Positions 52,263-64,000 of a DNA stretch of 64,000 bases are shown piece after piece. The notes under the pieces were generated by a model that saw only the letters and a list, made by a program, of their open reading frames with translations, had not been told where the DNA came from and ran no database searches. A program made the translations under genes and the position numbers. Position 1 is the first letter of the stretch; every line of letters begins with the position of its first letter. Origin of the DNA: Ramazzottius varieornatus (Eukaryota; Animalia; Tardigrada); the NCBI GenBank assembly GCA_001949185.1, contig BDGG01000001.1, positions 1,484,263-1,548,262 of the forward strand, in the 5' to 3' direction.

Positions 52263-53432
52263 ATGGCCCGTTACAGACTCTTGTATTTCAAGGGACGAGC
52301 TCGTGCTGAGCTGGTTCGCCTGATCTTCCACGCTGCAGGTGAAGATTTCGACGATGTACAGCTGGACGATAATTCCTGGCAGGAGATCAGAACAAGTAAG
52401 CCACCTCTTCACATTACGCATCTGCTCTTCGATATTTGAAGAATCATTCAAGCCGAATACGTACCAGCCTGGGTGTCCTCTTCTGATGTTGCGCTACCTT
52501 TTGTTCGTAAATATGGTCCGAAAAGCAAATAAACAATTGCTTAAAATAGATCTGCTAGCGACGGACCACTGGTTTCGATATTGCGCATTGAATACTTCGC
52601 ACACATGAAAACATTTTGACATTCCAGTTTTTTCAGATAGCCCAACCGGATCTTTGCCCATGTTGGTTGTGGACAATAATGAACCTCTGACTCAGAGTAT
52701 GTCCATTGCACGCTTCGTCGCTCGAGAGTTTGGTAAGATTTCTTCCTCGAAACACGCTTGTATTTATGTATGATACTGGCGAATACATATAGCATTTGTG
52801 CCTTTCAGGTCTTGCTGGCAAGGACAACTACCAGATGGCTCTTGTGGACTCCATTGCCGACTACATGAATGACTTGATGGGCGACATTGTCGAAGTGACA
52901 TTCGAGGATGACGCGAGGCGAAAAGTAGGGAAACCCGGAAGTACGTCTGTCTTCTCATTTAGTATATTAATCATTTGCAGAGAGAGCGAGTTCGGCGGTT
53001 CAACGAGAGAATCATGCCTGAGACTGTGCATTTTGTGGAACGTTTCATCCAACGGTACGGAGGAAACAGTGGATATGCCGTGGGAGATTCGGTGAGAACA
53101 TGGTTGACTTCTACAGCTCTCACATTCAATATATATTCCATGGTCTGTCTTGTGCAAGCCTCGCCTTTGGAATTTTTCAGCTGACGTATGCCGACCTCTA
53201 CATTTACAACACTTTGGTAGGCGTGCACGACTGTTTGAACAATGCGTGGAATGTGTGGTAAGTCAGTAACCGGTTTCTTGATATTTCATTGCAGGATCAA
53301 ATGGTGCTCGCCGGTATTGCGAGCTGGAACGATTTTCAACAGTACCCGCGTTTGAACCAAATTGTACGCAGCATTGAGGGCACTCCACGCTTTGCCGACT
53401 ACCTACAGCGTCGACCCCAAGCCACGTTCTAG
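52263..53432 (+). CDS. Glutathione S-transferase, sigma-class-like; exons 52263-52395, 52637-52732, 52809-52924, 52981-53091, 53181-53216, 53295-53432
   Basis: MARYRLLYFKGRARAELVRLIF (catalytic Tyr), SPTGSLPML, QSMSIARFVAREFGLAG, VGDSLTYADL, ending YLQRRPQATF*; all joins in frame. Confidence 0.93.
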
Positions 53433-54029
53433 GTTCACGAGTTCTTTTTCGTGAAGCTGAAATGAAGAGACATTTCGATGTGCATTTGTTCGGATGCGTT
53501 GTTACTGGTACTTGAATTTAATCCGTTATATAGGGTCCATCTGACTACATCATGAGAAGCTTGCTGAATTAGCGACAGACTGTTTCGATGTATCTGCGAG
53601 ATTTGCATTTATATTTATGTTTTGACGATTTTCCGCTTTTGCCGCCATTTTCCCATTCCTTATTCGGATGTATCGATGAAAAAGACCTGGGTTGATGACG
53701 TCAGCCTTGTCCCGCAACGTCTCAAACAGGACAAGTATGAGTGTGTGAATGCAAGAAAACTAACTTCCCTGAGGCGTTCTTGCGTTCGTTTCTGCCTGCA
53801 GAGCTCGCCGGAAGCGTTTCCGGTTTGAAGACCTCTAGTTTGACAGAGTATTTTCTAATTACTGGTGTTCTGCTTGCATCGGGTTTTCCTTCGTTGCTGA
53901 ACTCGATGTGTCGAACCACGACGGTGTGAATGCATCCCAGAACTCGTGATTTGGGTATCGTTATAACGAACGACAACAACCATGCGAGTCTCTGGCCCGT
54001 GAGTATGTTGCGCTCTTCCTTGAACAATC

Positions 54030-55643
54030 ATGGTCCTGAAGAGAAGAATCGACACGCGTTGGTGGGTGCTGTTCTGCTGCTGCTGCATCGTTTTCTTTCC
54101 AGCATTCTTTGACTTCCAAGTCAGTGTTCTGGTACAGCGCCTGACCGGCACAGCCATAGAATGCATCAACGGCATAGATACCTGCCTCAACTTCTCACTG
54201 TATCAGTTCAACATTCTCGCATCAATGGACTACTGGACAAGAGCGGTAGCTGGTGTTTTCGCCGGCATCATTATCGACAAGTATGGAACAAAATTCGCTC
54301 TTTGGGGATCCGCAGTTGGCATGATTGTAAGCACGTGAGTAATTTAGAGTTTGATTTTGGATCAGTTCCATTCAACTGACAAAAGGCGTGCACCGAACAC
54401 TGTCCCACCTTTTTAGGTTAATATTCACTTTGGGCTCTTACGTGAAAACAACCACAGGTGCGTACATCATGATGCTGCTTGGACGCCTTCTCTTCGGATT
54501 GGTGACCGGCGGATATTCCGTCATCATCCACAGAGTAAAAGCCGGCTGGTTTAAACACAAGGAACTCGCACTTGCCTTCTCCACGGAAATCTTCTTCGAT
54601 AAGTTCGCCACGGCGATCGCTTTCCTCCTGTACGGAGGGATTCTTGGGTCTATCGGTCTCCGAGGGGTTCTGTGGTTGTCTTTCTTCTTGACCGTCATTT
54701 CCGCCATTGCTTTGGGGATCATAGCCCATTTGGATTCGGCGCGGACTTCCGCCATGGTGTGGACAGGTACAGCTGACACGCGACCGAGAACCATCTGGTT
54801 CTCCCTGCAGTACTTCGACGCGGTGTACTGGCTCCTCGTCGCAATCCTTCTGTTTTACGAGGCATCGGTCCAACCTCTCATTGCAGATGGGCCACTCTAC
54901 TTCGCGGTAAGTAGCACAATGGGTTTTTTTCCTGAGATAAAGCCGCGTGCGACAGAGTATTGTAGAAGATGGCACAGAGCACTCGCTCCATCATCCAGTA
55001 GATAGCATACTCAACTTTGCTGTATTAAATTCTGCTTTCTAAGTAAATTAATGTCTGAAAATGTAGTGCATCTTTTTTTCAGGGCGCATACGGGTACTCT
55101 GAAGCGACCGCTAGCTACCTTACCGGTCTTATCTACGACCTGTGCTTCTTGGCGCCGATCGTCGGATGGTTAACCGACCGGTACGGCAGACGGGATTACG
55201 GCCTGTTTTTCCTAATGGCCATAACCTGCTTAGCCTATCTGCTAGCTCTCACTCTGAAGACCACCTTTCCCGCCGTTCTTCTGACACTGTTCGTCGGGAT
55301 CGGCTTCACATCGTACTCGTCCATCCTTTGGTCGAGTATACCTCTATTGGTTACGCACGAGAGCATCGGTTTGGCCCTGGGACTAGGGAAGCTCGTTGCC
55401 TCTGCGGGGGGAGCTGCGGGGATGGTAACAGCGGGTGCCATCCTGAACACGGGCTCGTCTACTGGCGACCTTCCCTGGGATTCGTTTTTTATATTCTTGT
55501 TGGTTTTGAGCTCGGTTTGTGTTGTGATCTCACCTCTTATCATCTACCTGAATACAATGACGGGCTATCGTCTTACTCTTTCTCAACGTCAGAAAGCTGA
55601 CGATGCAGTTTCGGAAGTTACTCCGATAAACACAAGCTTCTGA
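54030..55643 (+). CDS. MFSD1: MFS transporter, MFSD1-like; exons ~54030-54326, 54418-54906, 55083-55643
   Basis: MFS motifs GIIIDKYG and GWLTDRYGRR; MLLGRLLFG; WFKHKELALAF; WSSIPLLV...GLALGL, recalled as typical of MFSD1. Confidence 0.85.
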
Positions 55644-56766
55644 AGACTCGCAATCGCGTGCTGGTCGGTGTTACAGTAAATCGACCTAGAACTTACGATA
55701 GTTGCATGGCAGCTCTGCTTGCGATGAACTCTGATCGGTATGGAACGATCGGATAGGGTTCATAAGATCGCAGCTTTTCCCTCGTGAAATGACTTTGAAT
55801 ATCTTCATTGAATCAAGCATAGCTGGCCGTAGAGCATGGAACATCTGCGAAAAACAGCACGCTATGTTCGAAGTGTGGTTGACGAAGAAGTAACCGACTG
55901 GCTGCGACGGGCAAGTTTACAGACAGCGCAGGAGAATGGTCACCGTGTCTCGGCATGGGGGCCTCAGCATTTGCGGGGTTTACTGAATGCCATCAGCGAT
56001 GCAAGGCTTGGTGAAGGAAGGCACTCGGGTACGTCTGTGTTTCTGCGGGTATCGCTTTGGCATGGAAACGTCAAGGCAGAATATTCAAAGAAAGATAATG
56101 ATTGTTATGGAAATTGATACACGGGAATGTTCTGCCTCTTAATGTAGTAAGTAACTCACTCCTGTTTCCCAGCCCACCAGGTTCAACTCCGAACAGTTTT
56201 CTACGAAATCTTATTGCTCAAGGCGCAATCATCACTTTCACTAGTTTGCAGTAGTTTTAGCACTGGTGTCGTCTACCACGGATGAAGATGCCTCTCGTCC
56301 CTGGTACCAGCGACTCCCTTTCAAACGGACTTCGCCTCGGAAATTCTTTCTCTGTCCTGGTCCGCTTCCCATCCTGACGATCCTATAAAAGATCAGCTGC
56401 AAATACAATTATTCTCTCTTCTGTCTCCAGAAAGCAGCTCGAACGTTCCTCAACCGTACGAAGATCCGTGGAAAAGTTTTGCGGACGAGGATGTACCCGG
56501 TTGGACGACCGACAGTCCAGTTGCAGCTAGCAAATCTTTTATTGAATTTCAGTCTGTTAGAACCAACCGTTCCGCACCCTAGCCGTCGAGTCCAAAACCC
56601 TGGGATATAACCAGTCCATGGAGCCCATTTGATCTAAACTCAGTTCGAAAAGCTTTACACATCACTCCACCATCCGGAAGTACAAACTCGACCATCAAAG
56701 AAAGCAGACCAAATGAGAAATCTTCGTAGTAAAATTTCTGGAAACGGCGAAGGAAAATATAACTAT

Positions 56767-57174
56767 TCAAGTAGAATGCCGTTTGGCCACAGCAATGCAT
56801 AAACTCGCGCGGTCTCTCGTTAGCTTATCCCTCTTCACGTTCAGTTCAGCGATAGTTTTTTGCAGTTCTTCCTTGTCTCCGGGATTGTACTTCCCAAGGA
56901 ACATGCGCTCCTTGATCCATTGCCACGGATCAGCAGGTCGCTGCTTTTCCCTTTCCAGCCTCATAAGTACATGTAATATCACGTCAAGCAAACCTTCATC
57001 CTTGACGTATTTCGGAAAGTGAGTTTGCTTGTCAGATACCGAACAGTTGGAGAAGGACAGCTTGTCTTGCAGCTTGGGGTTGGGTGGAGGAGGAACCACA
57101 ACAGGTTCTGGTGGCGTCTTTGGTGCTACGGGTGTCGTCGGTTCTTTTCCCTTCTTGCCAGCTTTATTTGGCAT
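56767..57174 (-). CDS. MYCBP: c-Myc-binding protein (MYCBP/AMY-1/FAP174)-like; 3' end may be spliced
   Basis: KQTHFPKYVKDEGLLDVILHVLMRLEREKQRPADPWQWIKERM followed by a coiled coil parallels recalled MYCBP KREQFRRYLEKSGVLDTLTKVLVALYEEPEKPNSALDFLKHHL. Confidence 0.7.
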   Translation of the reverse strand: MPNKAGKKGKEPTTPVAPKTPPEPVVVPPPPNPKLQDKLSFSNCSVSDKQTHFPKYVKDEGLLDVILHVLMRLEREKQRPADPWQWIKERMFLGKYNPGDKEELQKTIAELNVKRDKLTRDRASLCIAVAKRHST

Positions 57175-57256
57175 TCTTTGGACACATCAAGTTATTGCCT
57201 AGTCTGGTGTTGGATACCTTACAGAGTGGACTGCGAAGATAACGAAATGATACAAA

Positions 57257-57269
57257 GTGGCCAAGCAAC
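57257..57269. promoter_or_regulatory. Candidate RFX X-box in a 200-bp bidirectional promoter
   Basis: GTGGCC-A-AGCAAC fits GTNRCC(N0-3)RGYAAC and lies between the divergent ATGs at 57174 and 57374. Confidence 0.55.
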
Positions 57270-57373
57270 AAAAATTGTTATAACTGAACGGCTCAACAGT
57301 GAGACTTGTCATGTCGCTTCGTTGTTCCGATGTTTGGCTCGGAAACTGTGAAGTTTAATCGTGCGACGCGAAA

Positions 57374-59828
57374 ATGGTAGAGGACGAGAAGGGAGAAGAT
57401 CTGCGTCTGGTTGAATACTTTGAGTTTAATGTTGACAAAGAAAGTGGCGATACTAACGTTACCAGAAAAGGCCTTGGTGGCGACACCTTATTGGATATGG
57501 TGACGGACAATTTTTCCGAACAGATCCGTGAGCTGCGGGACATCAATGCTCGCCTTACAAATGCCAACCTTGAAAAGGATATGGAGATACAACAACTGAA
57601 AGTTAAACTGTCTTCTCTTACTGGTAGGAACTACGGCTTGTTGTTACGTTATGAAGGTTTACGTGCTGTTTGTCAGCCGCCATAGTAAACGCGCGCTCCT
57701 GTTCCAGGACAGAATGCGCAAGATACCGTTACCGGTGCTAAAATCGTGGAGCTTGCAAAAGCAAAACGGGAACTGAGTGCCAAATATGAGAGCGAAGTAG
57801 CCAAGGTTAAGAAGCTCCAGAACGATAAGGCCGAGCTGGAACGCAAGTTGATGTATTCGGAATGCAGTGTCGTCGACATCGTTGCCCGAGATAAGGAACT
57901 CAACTCCAGTCGGAGGGTCTTGTCTTCGAAGCCAGCGATGGAAAAGAAACCTGAGCCATCCCAAAGTGATACCGACGTCCGGCTACTGTCTCACAAGCTG
58001 CATAGTGCCGTCGAGAAGACCTCCCTGGCGGCACATGAGAATGCTTGCCTGAGACAACAGCTACAAAAGGTGCACAAGCTACTCGAACGGGAAGTCGGAC
58101 CAGGTGTTGATGTGGCTGCGTTGCTGAAAGAAGAGACGCCGGGATATCGAGGACGCGACCAGCTAATTCAGCTACTCAAATCGAAGGTGAAGTGTCGCTT
58201 TGTGCATTAGATTTTACGGTATTCTGAAATGTATTTCGATTAGTTAGATACGTCCAGGAAAGAGATGGAAGCTTTGAAATTGTTTGACCGGGAAACCACG
58301 GATCACGGTCCGTCAGCGTCGAACCTCTCCCTTCGTACTCCCTCCAGCTGGAAAAGCATCGGCAAACCCGAACCCAACGAGTATAATCAGAAGTATAAAG
58401 AGCAACTTGCTCATGTCGACCAAAAGAGACGGGCGGATATTGCGGTAGGGTTTGAAACCTGCAGCAATATAAAGTTTTCAGTTTCAAAGGATGGAACTTG
58501 ATAACCTTCAGCGATATTGCTTTTTTCCAACTTACTGTAATGCTTGTTGAACTTCGCGAAGCACGTCATCATGCGCGTCCAGTTGAAGCCCGGTCCGAAA
58601 ATTTTGCCTTACCAACCCCCTAAGGGATGTTTCGCGCGTATTCGCGAAGTTCAAGAAGCATACAGTACATTGTCTTACAGTGCAAGTCAAGCATATTGAC
58701 ATAAACGATTACAGTACCTTCATAATTTTGATCAATTTTACAGTAATTTTTTGCAGACATTGGCTGAAGAACATGAGAAACTTCAGAAAGCTTATTGCGA
58801 TCTCAAGGCCAAAACAGCCGCGGATAAAGATCGGATGGACTATCTCAGCAAAGAAAACACTCGTCTATGCCAGTTCAACCGCCACGTCCTCGAAACCTGC
58901 AAGAAGGACGCTGAGCTGATTCAGTATTTCCAGAAGACCATCGTCGAACTGCGAGAAGCCTTCTCTAAGACCGCGGGAAGCAGTTCCCACCCGTTGACGC
59001 CCTTACCAGAGTCGCACGATAGTCAGATCTTGAAAGTTCCATCGCTCTCGATACGGAGTTCGACCAGCTTAAGTGGCTCCAGTCGACGGTCTGTTGCCAG
59101 TCGCAGTTCGAGGTCCGTCAATCACGTCGTATCAAAAAAGATCGCTCAGATGGAACAAGAAATCGCCAACTTGAAGCAACTGAATTCAATGACTTTTGAC
59201 GAACTTGGCAGTGAATCTGGACCTGAAAAACCACCAGGACTACGTTCTTCAGGATCAGTTCAGTCCACAGTATCAACTGTCAGCCAGACCTTCAAGTCTC
59301 CTGTGCCCACAAAGTCTAGTTCGTCATCGGTAGCAACCCTGAGCAAAGTAAAAAGTACAGCGAAAACAGAAGTTCTGCCGGTAAAGGTTTCGGACAAGGA
59401 TTCATTAGGCGAGCCGGAAACTGATGCGTCCGGAAGCGAGCGTAAGGAATTAGGTGATGGTGTGCTGTCGGAAACCGAAAAACAACTACCACAGTTTGCA
59501 ATTTATGCAGAACAGACAAAAGAACGGTGAGCAGCTGTCCGAGTCTTTCCCAGAGTACACACTGTACACTTTCCTTCGAGAAATCTTAACAAAAAATCAT
59601 GGTTCTCGTAGTCTTGAGACGGAAATGCGAGAGCTGGAAGAACTGAGAATGGAACACAGTCGAACGAAGGAATCGGCAGAGATGCTTCAGCTCAAACTGT
59701 CTCATCTACAGCTTGCAACTGAAGCGAAACAGCCCGGTACTTCGTATGGAAAAAGCCCTGCAAGGAGAAATCTCGGTACATCGCAAAGTGTCATCGGGCT
59801 GCGTTCTTCCCTTGTTAGCAGGAAATAA
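57374..59828 (+). CDS. CCDC13: CCDC13-like coiled-coil protein, multi-exon
   Basis: AKIVELAKAKREL...KVKKLQ and LEREVG..VDV..LL....GYRGRDQLIQLLKSKV match recalled CCDC13 blocks; coiled-coil ORFs are linked by short introns. Confidence 0.75.
58533..58667. mobile_element. MITE (TACTGTA-terminus family) in a CCDC13 intron
   Basis: tactgtaatgcttgttgaacttcgcgaa pairs with ttcgcgaagttcaagaagcatacagta. Confidence 0.75.
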
Positions 59829-60277
59829 TATGAACAAAGTCCGTGTGGATTGTTCTCCCCCAAAAGGGAATTACGGTTTGTTCTGTAGCCACCCAAACGA
59901 TGATTTCCTAGGTTGCGTTACCGGTAGCCACCAACATTTTTTCGCTTTCAGTTTCGAAGCTTTTCGTATTTTGTGTGTTGTGGAAGAAATTGAAGGTTCT
60001 TGAATGTTCATAACGACATGAAATATTCGGTAGCACTTTGCGTTCCGTACGCGGAACTTCAAGTCAGTGGATGGGGAGAAATTGGAAGGTTCAGGCGTTT
60101 TGGGTGGATCATCAAGTAGCCTGCGAATATAGCCAAGACACTTCTCTGATAGTGGTAAAATTTTATTTTACCGTCCTCAAAATTTATTCCGTCGTATAGA
60201 TTACTATAGTGTAAAATCGTAATAATAGTTATTGCATCTCTGATGTCGGTCACCGTAATTTCGATGGACCGACGTTC

Positions 60278-61080
60278 TTACTCTGTATACAGGAAATGCC
60301 GCAAAACGTCCTCTTGGGGCAGTTTGACCACACACTCGTTCAGCCATTCCAGTTGGTCGGGCGGGTAAGGCCAATAAGCCATGTAGAGGTCCCTTAGAGG
60401 ACTCCAGTAGTCACTTCCCTTACCGTCCAACTTGACGGAGCGCGGCCATGCCGCTCGCAAAAGGGTCATGTCTTCAATGCGCCTGGGTTCTCGCAGGATC
60501 CATAATGGCGGGAACTGGGCTATGGCCGATTCGTGAACGGACACCGTCACGTTCGCCAAGACAGGGCCACAGCCTAGCTCCTTTAAGAAGGTGTAATCCG
60601 CCATCGGCTCGGAATTATGGAGCATGTTCATCCTGGACAGCACAACGGATGATGCTTCAGGATAGTCTGCAACGGTAGCTCAGTGCGATATGTTAAGCGG
60701 AATATCGACTTGAGGGAGTACATTGGGTATCGCTGCAGCTTGTGGTCTTCAAAGTCCATAAGGACCCAGCGCGTGGCCAGCTTGACCTTTTGCACGTTGC
60801 TCGACGTGTTTCGCGAACCGGTGGACAAACGATGGTCTTCCAGGGCCTTAGATCCAAGTAGTCCAGTCTAATTGCAGGTGAAGAGGCAATCTGGTTCTGC
60901 AGAATACTGTCCCACAACGAAGAAACTCTGAAACCAAGGGACTAAAATTACTCCTGATATTTTCCGTCTTCATGTCCATCTTACCTTCGATATGTTGACT
61001 TCAACTTTCTTCAACTTTTCATCGATGAGAAGTCCATCACGAAAACTCCGGCGAGAACGAAAATTGTTGTTTCGCTAATC
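60278..61080 (-). pseudogene. Unidentified gene or decayed gene fragments
   Basis: Protein-like segments in three frames (VSSLWDSILQ...; KVKLATRWVLMDFED...; LLRAAWPRSV...W..L...Y) with splice-like sites that I could not join in frame. Confidence 0.3.
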
Positions 61081-61964
61081 TGAAACAGCAGAAGTGTTCA
61101 CCAGTTCATTTGATGCATTTTCCTTGCTGGAGACGTTATGTTGCGGACGATGCGAGAGGGTTCTACGCATTCAAACTTTTCTCCCTGGCCAAAAGGTGCT
61201 CGGTGGCAGTTCAGAGTACCCTCAAACGGTAGCTAGGACCGAGTACTTTCGACAGAAAAAGTCGGAAGAAGTTCGGGCGCCGACGGTCACCTCCGTTCCC
61301 TTGTCAGATCGCTCCACTTCGGCAGCTGTACATCGGGATCGTCGAGACTAGCGTCGAGTTCAGCAGTGTTCGGCCTCTTTTTCGGCATATCGCCCGTATC
61401 CTTCTGTTCCCTTTTCCCGCGCGCACGCATCGCTCACCGGAGTACAGCTGTCAGGTGGCTCAGAAGCAAATGCAGAAGAAGACACCCACGGCGCACGCAG
61501 TTTGAGTCCAAGAGGACTGTGAAATCTGGAACTGGAAGGATGAACTGGAAGTTTTGACAACCCTGTTCGTCGGAAGTTGGACCTTACGCGCCCTACGGCG
61601 TGCGAGTCATACGGTAAAACTCTTGCAATCCCTTGTAATCAAGTAATCAAGCACTTCACCCACTGAAAATTATGTCGCATGTGCATGGCTGTAGAGTGTA
61701 CAGCAAGTTCTGAAGTTCTGATTTCTTGATTTAATGCCAAGTTGCCAACTATCTTGAATAAAGTGTGAAATTAACTTGGTGGCATATGATATCTAGAGTT
61801 TTTCATTTTTATCTGCGTCTTCCAATCCCGTTCACGGATTTCTCGACACTCTTGCGTCAGTTTCCTGACTCTCTTCTGAAGAACTGTGTTATCTTCCTTC
61901 CCTTAACGGAGTGGTGTTCCACGAATTCCCTCTTTGAGTGCTACACGCCATCAAGTCATCAGAC

Positions 61965-63962
61965 ATGGACTTCCGAGAGCTCTTAGCCATGGCGCAGAAG
62001 AACAACAAAGAGGCACAAGTTCAGGTAGGCAGTCTCCGGTTGATTCATCAAATTCGTGTTGATCTGACACGATTCCATTACGCAAACATCGCTGTTCTTC
62101 CCCGTCCGCGTAGCCTGATCGTTGTTGGCTTCGTTCTAGCTAAAGACTGGAAACCTCGGCCCAATGGCAGACTTCAATACTCCCGGAGCACGAGAAGCCA
62201 AAGCCAAGCTGGACATGGCCCGTATCGCAGCACGTGTCAAAGAAGCAAAACAGAAACAGCTGACAGTCCAACAAAAGCCTCCACAAACACCCGGACAGAA
62301 ACCCCCTGCTCAAAATCGACCTGGTACTACTAGGAGAAAACATTACTCTACACATTTGTGTTTCTGTGAATTTACTATAATTGTTGTAGGGGATACATCG
62401 AAGAAGAAGCCAGAGACTGCTCCAACCTCGCTTCCGCCACCGAAGCTCAACAATCGTCCTGCTCAAAACGGCACGAACGCTTTCACTAAACCATCTATGC
62501 AGAAGCCTTCCATCCCTCAGAAAATCTCTACGTTTCAGCCGTCGAACAAGCCTAGTCCTGCCACAAACGGGCCAGCAGTTGGTCGTCCTGATGGGTCTTC
62601 ATCAGGACAGCTCAACAAGTCGTCTTCGAAGCCCCTTCAGACGAACGGACATTCTGTTCCCAACCATAACTCGAAGCCAACTTCAGTCCCCACCAAAAAG
62701 CGCGTAAATCCTGCACCTCCGGTTCCGAGCTACCATGAATTACTCAATGCAGCCCAGAATCAGCATAAGGAACACATCCAAGAACCTGAAAAATTCTTCC
62801 GTGCACCTGCGCCACCTGTGAAGAGGGTGGAGAGCGCTGCCTCGTCCAAGGGTGGACCACCAAGGTCGGGGGTGCAGAACACAGCCTTGTCTGACCGTCC
62901 TGGACACGGTCAGGGTGACAGCCGGAATGGACCAGTCAAGAATTCCCGTCCAACCTCCAGCTTAGTAGCTCCACCTCCCAGCGAAGCACGCAGAAATTCC
63001 GCTTCCGCTGCTTCTTCCAGCGTCAAACCTTCTCTTCCTACAGCGAAGGTTCCAGGATCCTACCCAAAACGTCCAGTGGACGGAACTGTATCGTCCAAAA
63101 TTACTCCAGCTGGCGCGAAGTCATACGCCCACGTGGGAAACGGAAATCGGAATGTGCACCAAAGCGGTCAACATGCTGGAGTGCCTTCACGGGACAAGAT
63201 TCCTCCACCTGCTTCCAGCGTAAGCGTTTCCCGATCTCCTTTTGTCTTTACGATTTTTGGCACATATCCAAAGAAAACTGTGTATGGATTTTTACTCATT
63301 CAGTACCGTTATCTGTATCTCGCTTCCGGCGGAAGTGGAGCTCGATTTACATTTCTCATTTTAGGGTCGACCAACGCCTTCCAACCCCTCATCTTCTAAA
63401 CTTCCTCTCGCTCCTGCAAGGAGTCTTCCACTCAAGCCAGCTTCTTCAGAAGGCAGAAACCTACTGCCCAACGGAAAGTCGGCGGAAAGAAGCCAACCTG
63501 CAGTAACGAACGGTCGACCTGCCATTCGACCAGCTGCTACTTCCGGTCGTCCTCCAGTCCCTCCTGCCCGGCAAAACGGTCTACCTCTATCTACAAGGCT
63601 ACCTCCAGGGAAAATGGCTCCAGCCAGAAGGCAGGAACCTCCGGCACCGCCTCAGCCGGCACCTCGGCGGAATATCGTTTATCCGAACGGACCTTCCTTC
63701 CCTGCTTTCCGTCCAGGCTACAAAGGTAAATTACTGTAGTATCAGAAATTCAGACGAGATTTTCCTCACATTTCATCACAAAAACTTCAGTACTTCTTTA
63801 GCTTTCTACTCTTTTAGCGCCTAAGAGGAGGATTGAAGAGGACGAAGAGGAAGAGGACGATGACGATATGGCCGACTTCATTGATGACGGCGATATGGAC
63901 GAGGACAACTTCGATGTTTCGAAACATCTGCGGGAAATATTTCCCCGATACGATCCTCGAAG
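61965..63962 (+). CDS. SPTY2D1: SPT2 histone chaperone homologue (partial; continues beyond the window)
   Basis: N-terminal MDFRELLAMA; long Pro/Ser/Lys disordered middle; C-terminal acidic DDDMADFIDDG...VSKHLREIF..YD (SPT2 domain start). Confidence 0.85.
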
Positions 63963-64000
63963 GTAAATCTTCTTTTTTGCATACATTATGTTCGAAAAAT

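Noticed and set aside
1-64000. tRNA/rRNA genes
   Set aside because: Isolated GGTTCRA motifs (e.g. ~807, ~6095, ~56180) lack cloverleaf context; no rRNA-like sequence seen.

Overview
Eukaryotic (animal) genomic DNA. It is gene-dense, with short GT-AG introns and one assembly gap (45622-45715). The composition, compactness and gene content suggest a tardigrade such as Ramazzottius (inference, not verified). Recognisable genes: an intronless aminergic-type GPCR, a tandem pair of gustatory-receptor-like genes, a sigma-like GST, an MFSD1-like transporter, a head-to-head MYCBP-like/CCDC13-like pair, and a partial SPT2 homologue. There are also orphan secreted proteins (a neuropeptide-like precursor, a Thr-rich proprotein, an EGF protein with a GPI-like tail), large orphan disordered proteins, a decayed GPCR, and many MITEs and dispersed repeats. 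Most striking: a dead 1278-bp DD37D (maT) Tc1/mariner element sits inside a coding exon of a ~1630-aa gene. A GT donor in its left TIR and an AG just beyond its right TA duplication would splice out exactly 1280 nt. That restores the frame with a single Ser->Gly change, making it a candidate transposon-born intron. All exon models were assembled by eye from splice sites and phase and need RNA-seq confirmation.
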